From positions 32,001 through 96,000 of the forward strand of contig JBGSRK010000005.1 of NCBI GenBank assembly GCA_041737595.1: DNA of 64,000 nucleotides. Direction: 5' to 3'. A program made the position numbers and the translations under genes. The stretch comes from Patescibacteria group bacterium. GTDB taxonomy: Bacteria; Patescibacteriota; CPR2; UBA1875. Positions 1 through 9,442 of the stretch are shown here, piece by piece. The notes under the pieces were generated by a model. It saw only the letters and a list, made by a program, of their open reading frames with translations, was not told the DNA's origin and searched no databases. Each line of letters opens with the position of its first letter. Position 1 is the stretch's first letter.

Positions 1-79
1 TTTCAGCTACTTTCTCTTCATAGCCTGAATAAGTTTGAACTACATACCAGTGACGACCTTGTGATTGTTGTTTTGCCAT
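1..79 (-). CDS. nusG: Transcription factor NusG, N-terminal part (runs off window)
   Basis: Manual translation MAKQQSQGRHWYVVQTYSGYEEKV (NGN motif), directly downstream of secE. Confidence 0.93.
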   Translation of the reverse strand, partial: MAKQQSQGRHWYVVQTYSGYEEKVAE

Positions 80-111
80 TTTATATTAACTCCCTTTAGT
101 GAAATAAATTA

Positions 112-297
112 TTATTTTTTAAGTAAAAATGTAAGTGCTTTAGTCAGTAAATAGTCTGCCCCGCCAAGATAAAGACCAATAAAAAGAACGATAATAATTA
201 CAGCCAATGTCATTTCTGTGGTTTCTTTTCGGTTGGGCCATACTACTTTTTTTAATTCATCCTTAGATTCTATTAAAAATTTAAAGAATTTTTTCAT
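112..297 (-). CDS. secE: Preprotein translocase SecE
   Basis: ELKKVVWP motif plus one TM helix; upstream of nusG. Confidence 0.95.
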   Translation of the reverse strand: MKKFFKFLIESKDELKKVVWPNRKETTEMTLAVIIIVLFIGLYLGGADYLLTKALTFLLKK

Positions 298-390
298 TTT
301 GCCTCTTTTGTATTTTAAAAAAGCCTTTCGGCTTCCTAAACAAATGATATCAAATTATTACCTCCCTGTCAAGATACATAATGTGATAAA

Positions 391-780
391 TTATTTAGAA
401 CTGTTCAAATACTCATCAATTACTGGCTTGATATTTGGTGCGCAATCATCAGGAAGATTATTTATACCAAACCAATCCCATTTTAAAATATCTTCTCCCG
501 GTTTTATCTCCCCTTTTCTTTCAGCTAGATAATGTATTAAAATAACAACCTTTTCTGGCATATTTATCATCATTGGTTTTAAGGGACGGATTAAATTAAC
601 CTCGAGTCCCATTTCTTCCATAACTTCCCTTTTTGCAATATCTTCTAGTGAAACATCAAAAGTTTCAGCTCTCCCCCCAACAAATTTCCAAAAATCATCG
701 TCCCCATGTTTATTTAAAAGAACCTTGTTATTTTCAATGATAACCGGCCCCGATGCGATAATAATTGATTTTTGTTTCAT
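391..780 (-). CDS. NUDIX hydrolase
   Basis: Nudix box GG-x-E...AKREVMEEMGL; ATG at 780 preferred (6 nt after TATAAT). Confidence 0.85.
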   Translation of the reverse strand: MKQKSIIIASGPVIIENNKVLLNKHGDDDFWKFVGGRAETFDVSLEDIAKREVMEEMGLEVNLIRPLKPMMINMPEKVVILIHYLAERKGEIKPGEDILKWDWFGINNLPDDCAPNIKPVIDEYLNSSK

Positions 781-828
781 ATATATATTATAAAAAAAGA
801 TGATCAATAATGATACACCTTTTTAATT

Positions 829-902
829 TGGCAGGGGCGGAAGGGATCGAACCCTCAATAAAGGTTTTGGAGACCTTCGTTATACCATTTAACTACGCCC
901 CT
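829..902 (-). tRNA. tRNA-Trp(CCA)
   Basis: Cloverleaf AGGGGCG...GGTTCGATCC...CCA, anticodon loop CT-CCA-AA. Confidence 0.95.
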
Positions 903-939
903 ATGTCACAAAAATCGACAGATTCTTGTGATAAGCAAA

Positions 940-1128
940 CTATTTATTAACTTTACCGCTGTTAATTTTCATCTCTTTATGAATAGTGGATTTTTTACAA
1001 GTGTTACAAAATTTCTTCATTTCAAGTTTTTCAGTTGTATTTTTAACGTTCTTTTTAGTAACATAGTTTCTATTATTACATTCTGAACATTTAAGCCAAA
1101 TTTGTAATCTGTTATCTTTTTTTGCCAT
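940..1128 (-). CDS. rpmG: 50S ribosomal protein bL33 (Zn-binding type)
   Basis: CSEC...RNY.T.KN...KKFCNTC. Confidence 0.95.
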   Translation of the reverse strand: MAKKDNRLQIWLKCSECNNRNYVTKKNVKNTTEKLEMKKFCNTCKKSTIHKEMKINSGKVNK

Positions 1129-1159
1129 TTTTATCCTTTCTTATTTTTTTAATTTATTA

Positions 1160-1247
1160 ATCAAAATCTGTTGATTTTGGTTAAAGAGGAAGAATTACGA
1201 TAAGGTGAAGCATCTTTGATGCGCAACCTGTAAGTAAATTCTTTCGA
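1160..1247 (-). ncRNA. Putative structured trailer RNA after tRNA-Thr(GGT), copy 1
   Basis: Two stem-loops; homologous to 1626-1716 with compensatory changes. Confidence 0.55.
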
Positions 1248-1322
1248 TGGAGCCCATGGGCGGAATTGAACCGCCGACCTACTCCTTACCATGGAGTTGC
1301 TCTACCCCTGAGCTACATGGGC
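1248..1322 (-). tRNA. tRNA-Thr(GGT)
   Basis: GCCCATGTAGCTCAG...AT-GGT-AA...GGTTCAATTCC...CCA. Confidence 0.95.
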
Positions 1323-1326
1323 AAGA

Positions 1327-1428
1327 TGGTGAGGAGAGAGTCGCCGCTCGCTCCGACTTGCGGTCCGGAGCGCTACACTCAGGAAAGCTCTAAGTATTCG
1401 CTTTCTTTCTCGCGCCCGTTCGACGCCA
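1327..1428 (-). other. GC-rich structured element ending in a tRNA-like 3' end (CGACTCTCTCCTCACCA)
   Basis: GTCGAA...CGAC closure, two internal hairpins, ACCA end resembling the tRNA-Tyr 3' end. Confidence 0.5.
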
Positions 1429-1442
1429 TTTTTTCATAGTTA

Positions 1443-1528
1443 TGGTGGCGAGAGAGGGAGTCGAACCCCCGAAGGCGTAAGCCAGCAGATGTACAGTCTG
1501 CCCCGTTTGACCACTTCGGTATCTCGCC
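1443..1528 (-). tRNA. tRNA-Tyr(GTA)
   Basis: Long variable arm, anticodon loop CT-GTA-CA, CCA end. Confidence 0.93.
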
Positions 1529-1625
1529 GTATTAGAAACTATTTTAGGATTATAGCATGAAAATATCATATCTTCATTCGTTCGCAATCCCTACCCTTTC
1601 AAAATACCATCAATTTTTTGATAAA

Positions 1626-1716
1626 CAGTGAAAATCTGTCGATTTTTACTGCAAAGGAAGAATAACGATAAACCGTAAAAATTTTAATTTTGAAGGTTTT
1701 TAGTTTATTCTGACGA
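1626..1716 (-). ncRNA. Putative structured trailer RNA after tRNA-Thr(TGT), copy 2
   Basis: Same architecture as 1160-1247. Confidence 0.55.
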
Positions 1717-1791
1717 TGGAGCCACCTGTCGGACTCGAACCGACGACCGACTGTTTACAAAACAGTTGCTCTACCACTGAGCTAAGGTGGC
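1717..1791 (-). tRNA. tRNA-Thr(TGT)
   Basis: GCCACCTTAGCTCAG...TT-TGT-AA...GGTTCGAGTCC...CCA. Confidence 0.95.
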
Positions 1792-1850
1792 ATAATTTAA
1801 AAATCTCGCCGTTTGGCGCGTTGATATTATAGCATCCCAGTAGTTCTAAA

Positions 1851-2555
1851 TCAATCTTTTAGGATAGCTTCTTGTCTCTTGGCCCAAGGGTTATGAGGGT
1901 CAATTTCTAAAAGTCTTTCTATTGAACCAAGTGCTAATTTTTTGTTAGACATTTTAATATAATTTCTGGAAAGTAATGTTAAGTTTTCGGTGTTAGCATG
2001 AATTTTAACAGCTTGTTCTAAGGCAATTGCTGCCCTATCAAGTTTTTTTGTTTCTTGATAAGCAAGTGCTATATTCAAATATCGATGAGCAATTTTATCG
2101 TTTAAGGAAATAGATTTTTCAAAATTCTCAATTGCTTTTTCGAAATTTTCTGTGTTGTAATATGCAAGCCCTAAATTATTAAATGCAGTGTCATTAAGTG
2201 GATCAATTTTACAACCTTTTTCCAAGGCTGCAATTGCGCCTTTATACATTTTTTGTCTTAAATATATCATCCCTAAAAAATGGTAAGCTGTAGCTGCCAT
2301 TGGATCAATCTTAATTGCTGATAGAAACTTTTTTTCAGCTCCGTCAATTTCCCCTTTGTTAAAAAGTATTTGACCCTCATCAATTAATTCATTTTCTGGC
2401 CTATTCTCTTCTAATTGAACTCCTGGTTTATTTACCTCTTTTTGGGGTATTACTTCATCTTTTTTAAGTTTAAAAATTAAGCCAGGCGTTGCAACTTTTG
2501 TTACAACATAATAAATTAAAATTGCGGCAAAAATAATAAGTATTGCTTCTGTCAT
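1851..2555 (-). CDS. Membrane-anchored TPR protein
   Basis: N-terminal TM then TPR repeats (AYHFLGMIY, AFNNLGLAYY). Confidence 0.85.
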   Translation of the reverse strand: MTEAILIIFAAILIYYVVTKVATPGLIFKLKKDEVIPQKEVNKPGVQLEENRPENELIDEGQILFNKGEIDGAEKKFLSAIKIDPMAATAYHFLGMIYLRQKMYKGAIAALEKGCKIDPLNDTAFNNLGLAYYNTENFEKAIENFEKSISLNDKIAHRYLNIALAYQETKKLDRAAIALEQAVKIHANTENLTLLSRNYIKMSNKKLALGSIERLLEIDPHNPWAKRQEAILKD

Positions 2556-2557
2556 AA

Positions 2558-3235
2558 TTAAATCTTATCCTTTTTTTTAAATATTTTTTGAAATTTTGGC
2601 CCCTGTTCTTCATAATTTATGCAACACATAAGTCGACCGCATATCCCGGATATCTTATTGGCATTTTTTGGTCCACCGTATTGAGATTCAACTGTCTCCA
2701 TTGTTACACCTTCAACACCCGTTAAAAATGAGCCACAGCATATCTGTCTACCACAGCGGCCATAGCCTCCAATTAATTTTGCTTCATCTCTTGGCCCAAT
2801 TTGCCTTAATACAGCTTGTTTTTGAATAGTTCTTGATAAATCTTTAGCAAGCTCCCTAAAATCAATTCTCCCTTCAGAAGTAAAATAAAAAATTGCCTTG
2901 GTTTCATCTAATGAATAGCCAACCCCTACAGGGTTCATTACAAGGTTATGTTTTTCAATTTTATCTAAAAAAATTGGCATGAGTTCTTTTGCATCTTCTG
3001 CAAGTTTTTCACTTTTTTTTATATCCTCGGGTTTCGCAATGCCTACAATTTCTTTTAAACTAGAGTCAACATCCTTTTCTTTTATTTCTCGATCTTTATA
3101 TACTACCTGACCAATTTCTGTACCTTGTGTAGTTTCGACAATCACAAAATCTCTTAAAGATATCTTTTTATCTCCAGGTAAAAAGTCATATATTTTTAGT
3201 GTATGAGGAAATTTTATTCCGATAACTTTTGGCAT
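2558..3235 (-). CDS. ricT: PSP1/RicT (YaaT) family protein
   Basis: RIDFRELAKDL, RQIGPRDEA, G.CGR.ICC, ISG.CGRLMCC; next to holB as in Bacillus. Confidence 0.9.
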   Translation of the reverse strand: MPKVIGIKFPHTLKIYDFLPGDKKISLRDFVIVETTQGTEIGQVVYKDREIKEKDVDSSLKEIVGIAKPEDIKKSEKLAEDAKELMPIFLDKIEKHNLVMNPVGVGYSLDETKAIFYFTSEGRIDFRELAKDLSRTIQKQAVLRQIGPRDEAKLIGGYGRCGRQICCGSFLTGVEGVTMETVESQYGGPKNANKISGICGRLMCCINYEEQGPKFQKIFKKKDKI

Positions 3236-3262
3236 TAAATAATCTCCGTTATTCGCATAATT

Positions 3263-4210
3263 TTAGGAAAGCCTTATGTTGTTTTCTATAATTATCTCTT
3301 CCATGGCGATCTTCAGATTCACATTATACTCTAAATTTGAGTATATTTTAAGAGTTTTAAGCGCAATTCTTGTTAATTCATATATATCATATTTTTTTGC
3401 AACTGTTACTGTTTTTACTTCTTCACCTTTTATATAAAATGATAATAATTCATAAATTGAGTAACAAAATAAGTCAAAAAACTCTTTTAGGTTTTTATTT
3501 TTATCATATTTTTCGATCACCTTAAATTTTTCGATGGTTGATTGTGAATTAAAGATAATCTCAATATCTTCAAATTTCTCTTTTTTTTCTTTTAAATTAT
3601 TAGGGTCTTCTAATAGTTTTAATATTTTTTCAATATTCCCCTCTGAATAATTTATTACTTTATTTATTTCTTCATCACTAAACTTCTTTTTTAGTATTTT
3701 TTTTATATCTTCTTTTTTTAAAGAATTTAATTTAATCTTTTGCGCTCGGGATATTATTGTTTGAGGTAATGATTTTTCTGATATCGTAGTTAAGATAATG
3801 ACACTATCAAGCGGAGGTTCCTCAAGAGTTTTAAGTAATGAATTAGCTGCTTCAATACCAAGGTTTTCAGCTCTAGAAATAAATAATATCTTTCTCTTAC
3901 CTATACTGGGGGTAAGATTTATTCTTTCAATAACGGCCTTAACTTGTTCAATTTTTATACCATCTCTGCCATCAATATATATATAATCTGGGTGAACCCC
4001 TTTTTCAAAATTAACACAATTTGTGCAATCATCTTCTTTAGAATTGGGGCACAAAAGATACTTAGAAAATTTTTTAGCTAAATAATCTTTGCCTACACCT
4101 TCATCACCAATAAAAATATATGCATGAGAAATTTTATCACTCTCAAATTGAGCAGTAAGTATCTTTACCGCAGTACTTTGACCAACAATATCTGAAAAAA
4201 GCTTACCCAT
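3263..4210 (-). CDS. holB: DNA polymerase III delta' subunit
   Basis: DIVGQ, HAY.F.G..GVGK, Zn cysteines, AANSLLKTLEEPP; ATG at 4210 preferred. Confidence 0.88.
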   Translation of the reverse strand: MGKLFSDIVGQSTAVKILTAQFESDKISHAYIFIGDEGVGKDYLAKKFSKYLLCPNSKEDDCTNCVNFEKGVHPDYIYIDGRDGIKIEQVKAVIERINLTPSIGKRKILFISRAENLGIEAANSLLKTLEEPPLDSVIILTTISEKSLPQTIISRAQKIKLNSLKKEDIKKILKKKFSDEEINKVINYSEGNIEKILKLLEDPNNLKEKKEKFEDIEIIFNSQSTIEKFKVIEKYDKNKNLKEFFDLFCYSIYELLSFYIKGEEVKTVTVAKKYDIYELTRIALKTLKIYSNLEYNVNLKIAMEEIIIENNIRLS

Positions 4211-4267
4211 AACTCCGTTATTATATCGCAAAACAGCTATATGGTGTATGTTTTTAATATAAATAGT

Positions 4268-4906
4268 TTAAGTAAGTTTTTTTAAAAAAACTTCAAGATC
4301 TTTTGGTAGTGGTGATTTTACGACAATTATTTCATTTGTTAGTGGGTGTTTAAAGGTTAATTGGTATGAATGTAAAAATTGGCGAGATATTTGTGATTTA
4401 AATTTTGAATATTTATTATCTCCCACTACAGAATGACCAATCGCATTAAAATGAACTCTTATTTGGTGTGTCCTCCCCGTCATTAGATCTATTTCACAAA
4501 GAGATACGTTTTCCTTAGGATAATATTTTTTTACTTTATATATGGTTCTAGATTCCCTCCCTAAACCATCAGGGACCACCCTTAATCTATCTTTTGATCC
4601 TCTGCCTAGTGGTATATTGATTTCTCCCTTACTAGGCCTTACCTCCCCCCAAACAAGGGTAAAATATTTTTTTTCTATCTTTCTCTCCTTAAATATTTTT
4701 TGTAAAGCTAATAAGGTTTTGTCGTTTCTTGCCATAAGTAGAACACCAGAAGTATCTCTATCTAGGCGATGAGCGGGTTTAGCATTAACAATATCCCCTA
4801 TCGTTCTTTCTTTACTTGAGGGTAATGGATATGACAACATCCCTGCAGGTTTATCAACTGCAATTATATTATTGTCTTCAAATAAGACTTTTATTTTATC
4901 TAACAC
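4268..4906 (-). CDS. RluA/RluD-family pseudouridine synthase
   Basis: VDKPAG, HRLDRDTSG, TGRTHQIRVH. Confidence 0.93.
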   Translation of the reverse strand: MLDKIKVLFEDNNIIAVDKPAGMLSYPLPSSKERTIGDIVNAKPAHRLDRDTSGVLLMARNDKTLLALQKIFKERKIEKKYFTLVWGEVRPSKGEINIPLGRGSKDRLRVVPDGLGRESRTIYKVKKYYPKENVSLCEIDLMTGRTHQIRVHFNAIGHSVVGDNKYSKFKSQISRQFLHSYQLTFKHPLTNEIIVVKSPLPKDLEVFLKKLT

Positions 4907-4925
4907 CTGATTATTATATCATTAT

Positions 4926-5915
4926 TTAGGATAATTCTTTGAGGATAGATACTAAATTTTCTTTAGTGCCCATTAAAATTAATTGATCATCTCTTTCAAT
5001 AATTTCATCTCCAGGTGGGTTTATACTTGATTTACCATCTTTCTTATTAATTGCGAGTACACTTGTACCTGTTTTTTCTCGGCTAATTGCTGCTGATATT
5101 TTTTGTCCAATCAATGGTGAACCTCTTTCTATTAGTATTTCTTCAACCTGAAGTTCAGTATGTTTACCATCGATAATCACATCCAGAAAATCAACTACTG
5201 CAGGTCTAAGCGCAATTGCAGCCATATGAAAACCACCTATCTGGTAAGGTAGTGATACTTTGTCTGCACCAGCTTTTTCAAGTTTTGAAACATTTTCTTG
5301 TTCAGATGCACGAGAAACAATATACAGGTTTGGATTTAATGATTTTGCAGTAAGTGTAAGAAATAAATTATCAGTATCATCACCAAGTGCAGCAAGAAGT
5401 GATTTTGCTTTTTTAATCCCAGCCTTAACAAGAACATCTTCTTTTATTGGATCACCCTCGATAAACAAATAATTATTTTTTTCGGCATCTTTTATTTCAA
5501 GTGGGCTTCTATCAACAATCACAAAATCTACCCCCTCATCGGCTAGTTCTTGAGCAACCTGTTTCCCAACTCTCCCGAATCCAGCAACAATATAGTGTCC
5601 TTCAAGTTCTGATATCTTTTTATTCATTTTTTTTATTCTCCTCCTTTCTTTATATTCTCCTCCAAATAGAAATTCTGCTGAACCTTTAATAATATACGCT
5701 AAAATTAAATAACTACCTATTATTAGAATGATTGTTAGCATTTGTTCAATAACTGGTTCATCTACACCATGTTTGAAATGACTGAGTAGAATAATAACTG
5801 TAGTATAAAAAGAATGCCAAAGATCTTCACCCAAAAGATAAAAACCGAAAATACCGAAAATAGTTAAACCTATTAGGATAAAAAATAAATTTCTTAATGG
5901 ATGTTGTTCTTTCAA
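4926..5915 (-). CDS. 2-TM channel-like protein with RCK (TrkA-N/TrkA-C) domains; degenerate pore
   Basis: HYIVAGFGRVG Rossmann motif, GDPIKEDVL, TrkA-C domain; no TVGYG filter. Confidence 0.85.
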   Translation of the reverse strand: MKEQHPLRNLFFILIGLTIFGIFGFYLLGEDLWHSFYTTVIILLSHFKHGVDEPVIEQMLTIILIIGSYLILAYIIKGSAEFLFGGEYKERRRIKKMNKKISELEGHYIVAGFGRVGKQVAQELADEGVDFVIVDRSPLEIKDAEKNNYLFIEGDPIKEDVLVKAGIKKAKSLLAALGDDTDNLFLTLTAKSLNPNLYIVSRASEQENVSKLEKAGADKVSLPYQIGGFHMAAIALRPAVVDFLDVIIDGKHTELQVEEILIERGSPLIGQKISAAISREKTGTSVLAINKKDGKSSINPPGDEIIERDDQLILMGTKENLVSILKELS

Positions 5916-5984
5916 TTACCCTCCGTAATAATCTAATTTTAACAGAAATGTATACAAATATAAAACATAAAAATTTGATTTTCC

Positions 5985-6011
5985 AAAAAACCCGCCTTCT
6001 GGCGGGTTTTA
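5985..6011 (-). terminator. Intrinsic terminator after rpsI
   Basis: AAAAACCCGCC-TTCT-GGCGGGTTTTT. Confidence 0.8.
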
Positions 6012-6014
6012 GTA

Positions 6015-6407
6015 TTAACGTTTTGAAAATTGAGGTTTTTTTCGAGCCCCTTTTAATCCTGGTTTCTTTCTTTCTTTAGCCCGAGGATCTCTTGTGATAT
6101 ACCCTAATTTTCTTAGAGTTGATTTTACAGTTTCATCTTCTTTAACTAGTGCTCTTGCCACACCATGTCTGATTGCTTCAGCTTGACCATTTTTACCCCC
6201 ACCAACAACCTTAACAGTAAGATTATATTTCCCTTCTTGAGATAATGCTTTAAGTGGTGCAATAACCTTTTCAAATAATGGTTGGCTACCTAAATATTCA
6301 AGCCCTGTTTTCCCATTGATTTGGACTTCGCCCTTACCAGATTCTATTTTAACTCTAGCAGTTGCTTCTTTTCTACGACCCACTGTTGCATAATATTTGT
6401 CAGCCAT
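6015..6407 (-). CDS. rpsI: 30S ribosomal protein uS9
   Basis: GRRKEATARV, C-terminal PQFSKR. Confidence 0.97.
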   Translation of the reverse strand: MADKYYATVGRRKEATARVKIESGKGEVQINGKTGLEYLGSQPLFEKVIAPLKALSQEGKYNLTVKVVGGGKNGQAEAIRHGVARALVKEDETVKSTLRKLGYITRDPRAKERKKPGLKGARKKPQFSKR

Positions 6408-6847
6408 TATTTAATCTCCTTCAAATCTATGTTTATTAACTCTTGAGTATGAGCATGTTCTGCATTCGCATAAACTTTAAGTCTCTTTAGTTGGTTTGTG
6501 CCCAGTTTATTATTTTGTAACATTCCTCGAACAGCATGCTTTATCACTTTTTCAGGATGTTTTTCCATAGCTTCCGCAAATGTTTCTTCTCTTATCCCTC
6601 CTGGATATCCAGAATGTCGATAATATTTTTTGTCTTCTAACTTGTTATCATTTGATAATTTAATTTTAGCTGCGTTTAAAACTACTACATTATCTCCCCC
6701 ATCAAAATTTGGTGAATAAGTAGCCTTCCCTTTACCTCGTAATAAATCAGCAACTACAGTAGAAAAACGACCAAGTATAATACCTTTGGCGTCTAACACA
6801 TACCATTTTCTGTCTGCATCACGGGTTTGATATACTTTAGTTGTCAT
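6407..6847 (-). CDS. rplM: 50S ribosomal protein uL13
   Basis: WYVLDA, YYRHSGYPGG. Confidence 0.97.
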   Translation of the reverse strand: MTTKVYQTRDADRKWYVLDAKGIILGRFSTVVADLLRGKGKATYSPNFDGGDNVVVLNAAKIKLSNDNKLEDKKYYRHSGYPGGIREETFAEAMEKHPEKVIKHAVRGMLQNNKLGTNQLKRLKVYANAEHAHTQELINIDLKEIK

Positions 6848-7368
6848 TATTTATCCCCTTTCGTTGCGGGTTTGATTTTTTTTGTATCTACCTTTTTTAC
6901 TGTTTTTTTATCTGTCTTAACCTTTTCAGTAATTTTATTTGTAGATTTTACTTTGTCTTTTTTAATTTTATTTTTCCCCTCAAGAACAGCTTTTTTTGTA
7001 AGCTTTTCAGTATCTAAAAGAGAAATAACTGCCATTTTTGCATTATCTCCAGCGCGATTTGGAAGCTTTATTATTCTTGTATAACCGCCTTTTCTATCTT
7101 TATAAAGAGCACCGATTTCTAGAAAAAGTTTTTCAGCAGCTTTATTATTGAATGAAAGAAATTTTTCAACATTTCTTCTGTCTGAGAGTGTCCCTCGGAT
7201 AGCTTTTGTAATAAGTTTTTCAAGAATTGGACGTGATTCTTTAGCTTTTTCTAAGGTTGTAGTCACCTTTTCATGTAATATAATTTGAGAAATTAAATTC
7301 TTAAGCAAAGCCTTTCTTGGCCCAGCTTCTCTCCCTAATTTTCTGCCTTTATATTGGTGACGATGCAT
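6847..7368 (-). CDS. rplQ: 50S ribosomal protein bL17 with Lys-rich C-terminal tail
   Basis: RKLGR, TTLEKAKE, RKGGYTRIIK. Confidence 0.96.
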   Translation of the reverse strand: MHRHQYKGRKLGREAGPRKALLKNLISQIILHEKVTTTLEKAKESRPILEKLITKAIRGTLSDRRNVEKFLSFNNKAAEKLFLEIGALYKDRKGGYTRIIKLPNRAGDNAKMAVISLLDTEKLTKKAVLEGKNKIKKDKVKSTNKITEKVKTDKKTVKKVDTKKIKPATKGDK

Positions 7369-8315
7369 TATTCTTCTCCTATGTCCTCTTTAGCAAGTTC
7401 ATAACCAAGTTCTGCTACTTTATCTTTGATTTCATCATATGCTTTGGCCCCAAAACCTTTTAATTGTTTTAGATCACTATCCTTAAGATGAAGTACATCA
7501 TCAATGGTTTTTAGCTCATTATTTAGTAGAGCGTTAGTTGTTCTTGGTGAAAGGTTAATTTCTTCAATTAATATTTTTGAAGCAGTGTTATCAATTTCAC
7601 TTATTTCAACTTCTTTTTCTCTTTTACAAATAGAATCCTTGCCTGTAATAACAAGGAAATGTTCTACAAGTATTTCGGATGATTGCTCAATTGCTTCTTT
7701 TGGAGTTATTGTTCCATCGGTTTCTACTTCAATGATTAATTTATCAAGATCAGTCATTTGTCCTACACGAGTTTTCTCAACATTATATCGAACTTTTTTG
7801 ATTGGAGCATAAAGAGCATCAACTGCAATCATGCCCACGCCTAATTTTTCATCTTCTCTTTTCTCTATTGGTACAAACCCTCTACCTTGTTCAAGTTTGA
7901 TTTCCATTTCAATTTTTGCTTGCTTATTGTCTAGTGTAGCAATATGTAATTCAGGATTACCAATTTCAACGTTTGAGTTTGCTTTTATATCTTTTGCAGT
8001 AACTTCACCCGCTCCACTTGAAGTTAGGGTCACATATTCTTCTTCACTATGAAGTTTGACTCTTAGTTGTTTTAAATTAAGAATAATTTCAATAACGTCT
8101 TCTTTGACATTTGGTATTGTAGAAAATTCATGAGAAACTCCATCAATTTTCACTGCAGTGACAGCTGCCCCTGGAAGTGATGATAAAATAACTCGTCGAA
8201 GAGAATTACCAAGAGTCATGCCATAACCAGGGAAAAGTGGTTCTATGGCAAAAGTAGCTCGGTTTTTTTCTTCGGTGATTGTTTTAAACTCTGGAAGATG
8301 AATGTCGTGTAACAC
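7368..8315 (-). CDS. rpoA: RNA polymerase alpha subunit
   Basis: EPL.PGYG.TLGNSLRR, HEFSTIPNVKED, alpha-CTD. Confidence 0.97.
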   Translation of the reverse strand: MLHDIHLPEFKTITEEKNRATFAIEPLFPGYGMTLGNSLRRVILSSLPGAAVTAVKIDGVSHEFSTIPNVKEDVIEIILNLKQLRVKLHSEEEYVTLTSSGAGEVTAKDIKANSNVEIGNPELHIATLDNKQAKIEMEIKLEQGRGFVPIEKREDEKLGVGMIAVDALYAPIKKVRYNVEKTRVGQMTDLDKLIIEVETDGTITPKEAIEQSSEILVEHFLVITGKDSICKREKEVEISEIDNTASKILIEEINLSPRTTNALLNNELKTIDDVLHLKDSDLKQLKGFGAKAYDEIKDKVAELGYELAKEDIGEE

Positions 8316-8369
8316 TTTTGCTCCTTCTCCCGAAATTAATTCGGGACCCCGATTAAATCGGGCTTTTTA

Positions 8370-8990
8370 TTATTTAGAATAAAATTCGACTATTAATTGT
8401 TCGTTGATTTCCTGATCTAATTGCTCTCTTATTGGCATTGTTACATATTTACCCTTAAGGCTCTTTAGATCAACTGTTAACCATGAAAATTCTTCTCTTA
8501 CTTTTGTAATTTTAATATTTTCAAAATAAGTAAGATTTTTCTTAGTATCTATAACTGCGATTTCTTGACCTGGCTTAATAATTCTTGAAGGTATTGTTGT
8601 TCTTCTGCCATTAACAGAAAAAAGACCATGTGCAACTAATTGTCTTGCCTGATGTCTTGAACTTGCAAATCCCATTCTATAAACAATATTATCAAGTCTT
8701 GATTCTAAGAGTTGTAATAAAAGTTCCCCGGTTACCCCAGTTTTTGCAGATGCTTTTTTAAAATAGCCTGCAAATTGCTTTTCTTGCATCCCATAAATTC
8801 TTTTTACTTTTTGTTTTTCACGTAACATTATTCCAAATTGAGATGGTTTTCTTCTTCTTGATAGACCATGTTGGCCTGGGACATATCCTCTTTTTACAAA
8901 TACACATTTTGTAAAACATTTATCACCCTTTAAAAAGAGCTTTGTGCCCTCTCTTCTGCATTGTTTACATTTTGGATTAATTGTAGCCAT
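8370..8990 (-). CDS. rpsD: 30S ribosomal protein uS4
   Basis: CRREG.KLFLKG, LESRLDN, LIVEFYSK. Confidence 0.97.
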   Translation of the reverse strand: MATINPKCKQCRREGTKLFLKGDKCFTKCVFVKRGYVPGQHGLSRRRKPSQFGIMLREKQKVKRIYGMQEKQFAGYFKKASAKTGVTGELLLQLLESRLDNIVYRMGFASSRHQARQLVAHGLFSVNGRRTTIPSRIIKPGQEIAVIDTKKNLTYFENIKITKVREEFSWLTVDLKSLKGKYVTMPIREQLDQEINEQLIVEFYSK

Positions 8991-9021
8991 TTATTTCCTT
9001 AAAAAATTGATAATATATTAT

Positions 9022-9405
9022 TTAAACTCTTCTAGCCTTTGGAGGTCGGCAACCATTATGTGGAACAGGGGTCACATCTTTAATGGTATTTATATAAATG
9101 CCATTTGAAGATAGTGCACGAACTGCTGATTCTCTACCAGAACCGATCCCTTTTACAAATACATCAGCTTTCTCGAAGCCAAATGCTTTTGCTTTTTCAC
9201 ATGCAGCTGCTGCTGCCATCTGTGCTGCATACGGTGTTGATTTTCTTGAACCTTTAAACCCCGCCATACCAGTAGTAACTGTAACTAGCGCGTTACCAGA
9301 AACGTCAGTAATAGAAATAATAGTATTATTGAAGGTAGATTTTATATAAATATTACCTTCTTTAACTATCTTTTTTACTTTTTTCTTTTTTACTACTTTT
9401 GCCAT
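9022..9405 (-). CDS. rpsK: 30S ribosomal protein uS11
   Basis: [23 protein letters not shown]. Confidence 0.97.
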   Translation of the reverse strand: MAKVVKKKKVKKIVKEGNIYIKSTFNNTIISITDVSGNALVTVTTGMAGFKGSRKSTPYAAQMAAAAACEKAKAFGFEKADVFVKGIGSGRESAVRALSSNGIYINTIKDVTPVPHNGCRPPKARRV

Positions 9406-9442
9406 TTTTGCCTTATCTTTAGTTAACTTTTATAAATTTATT

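Noticed and set aside
1390-1587. 65-aa ORF
   Set aside because: Overlaps tRNA-Tyr
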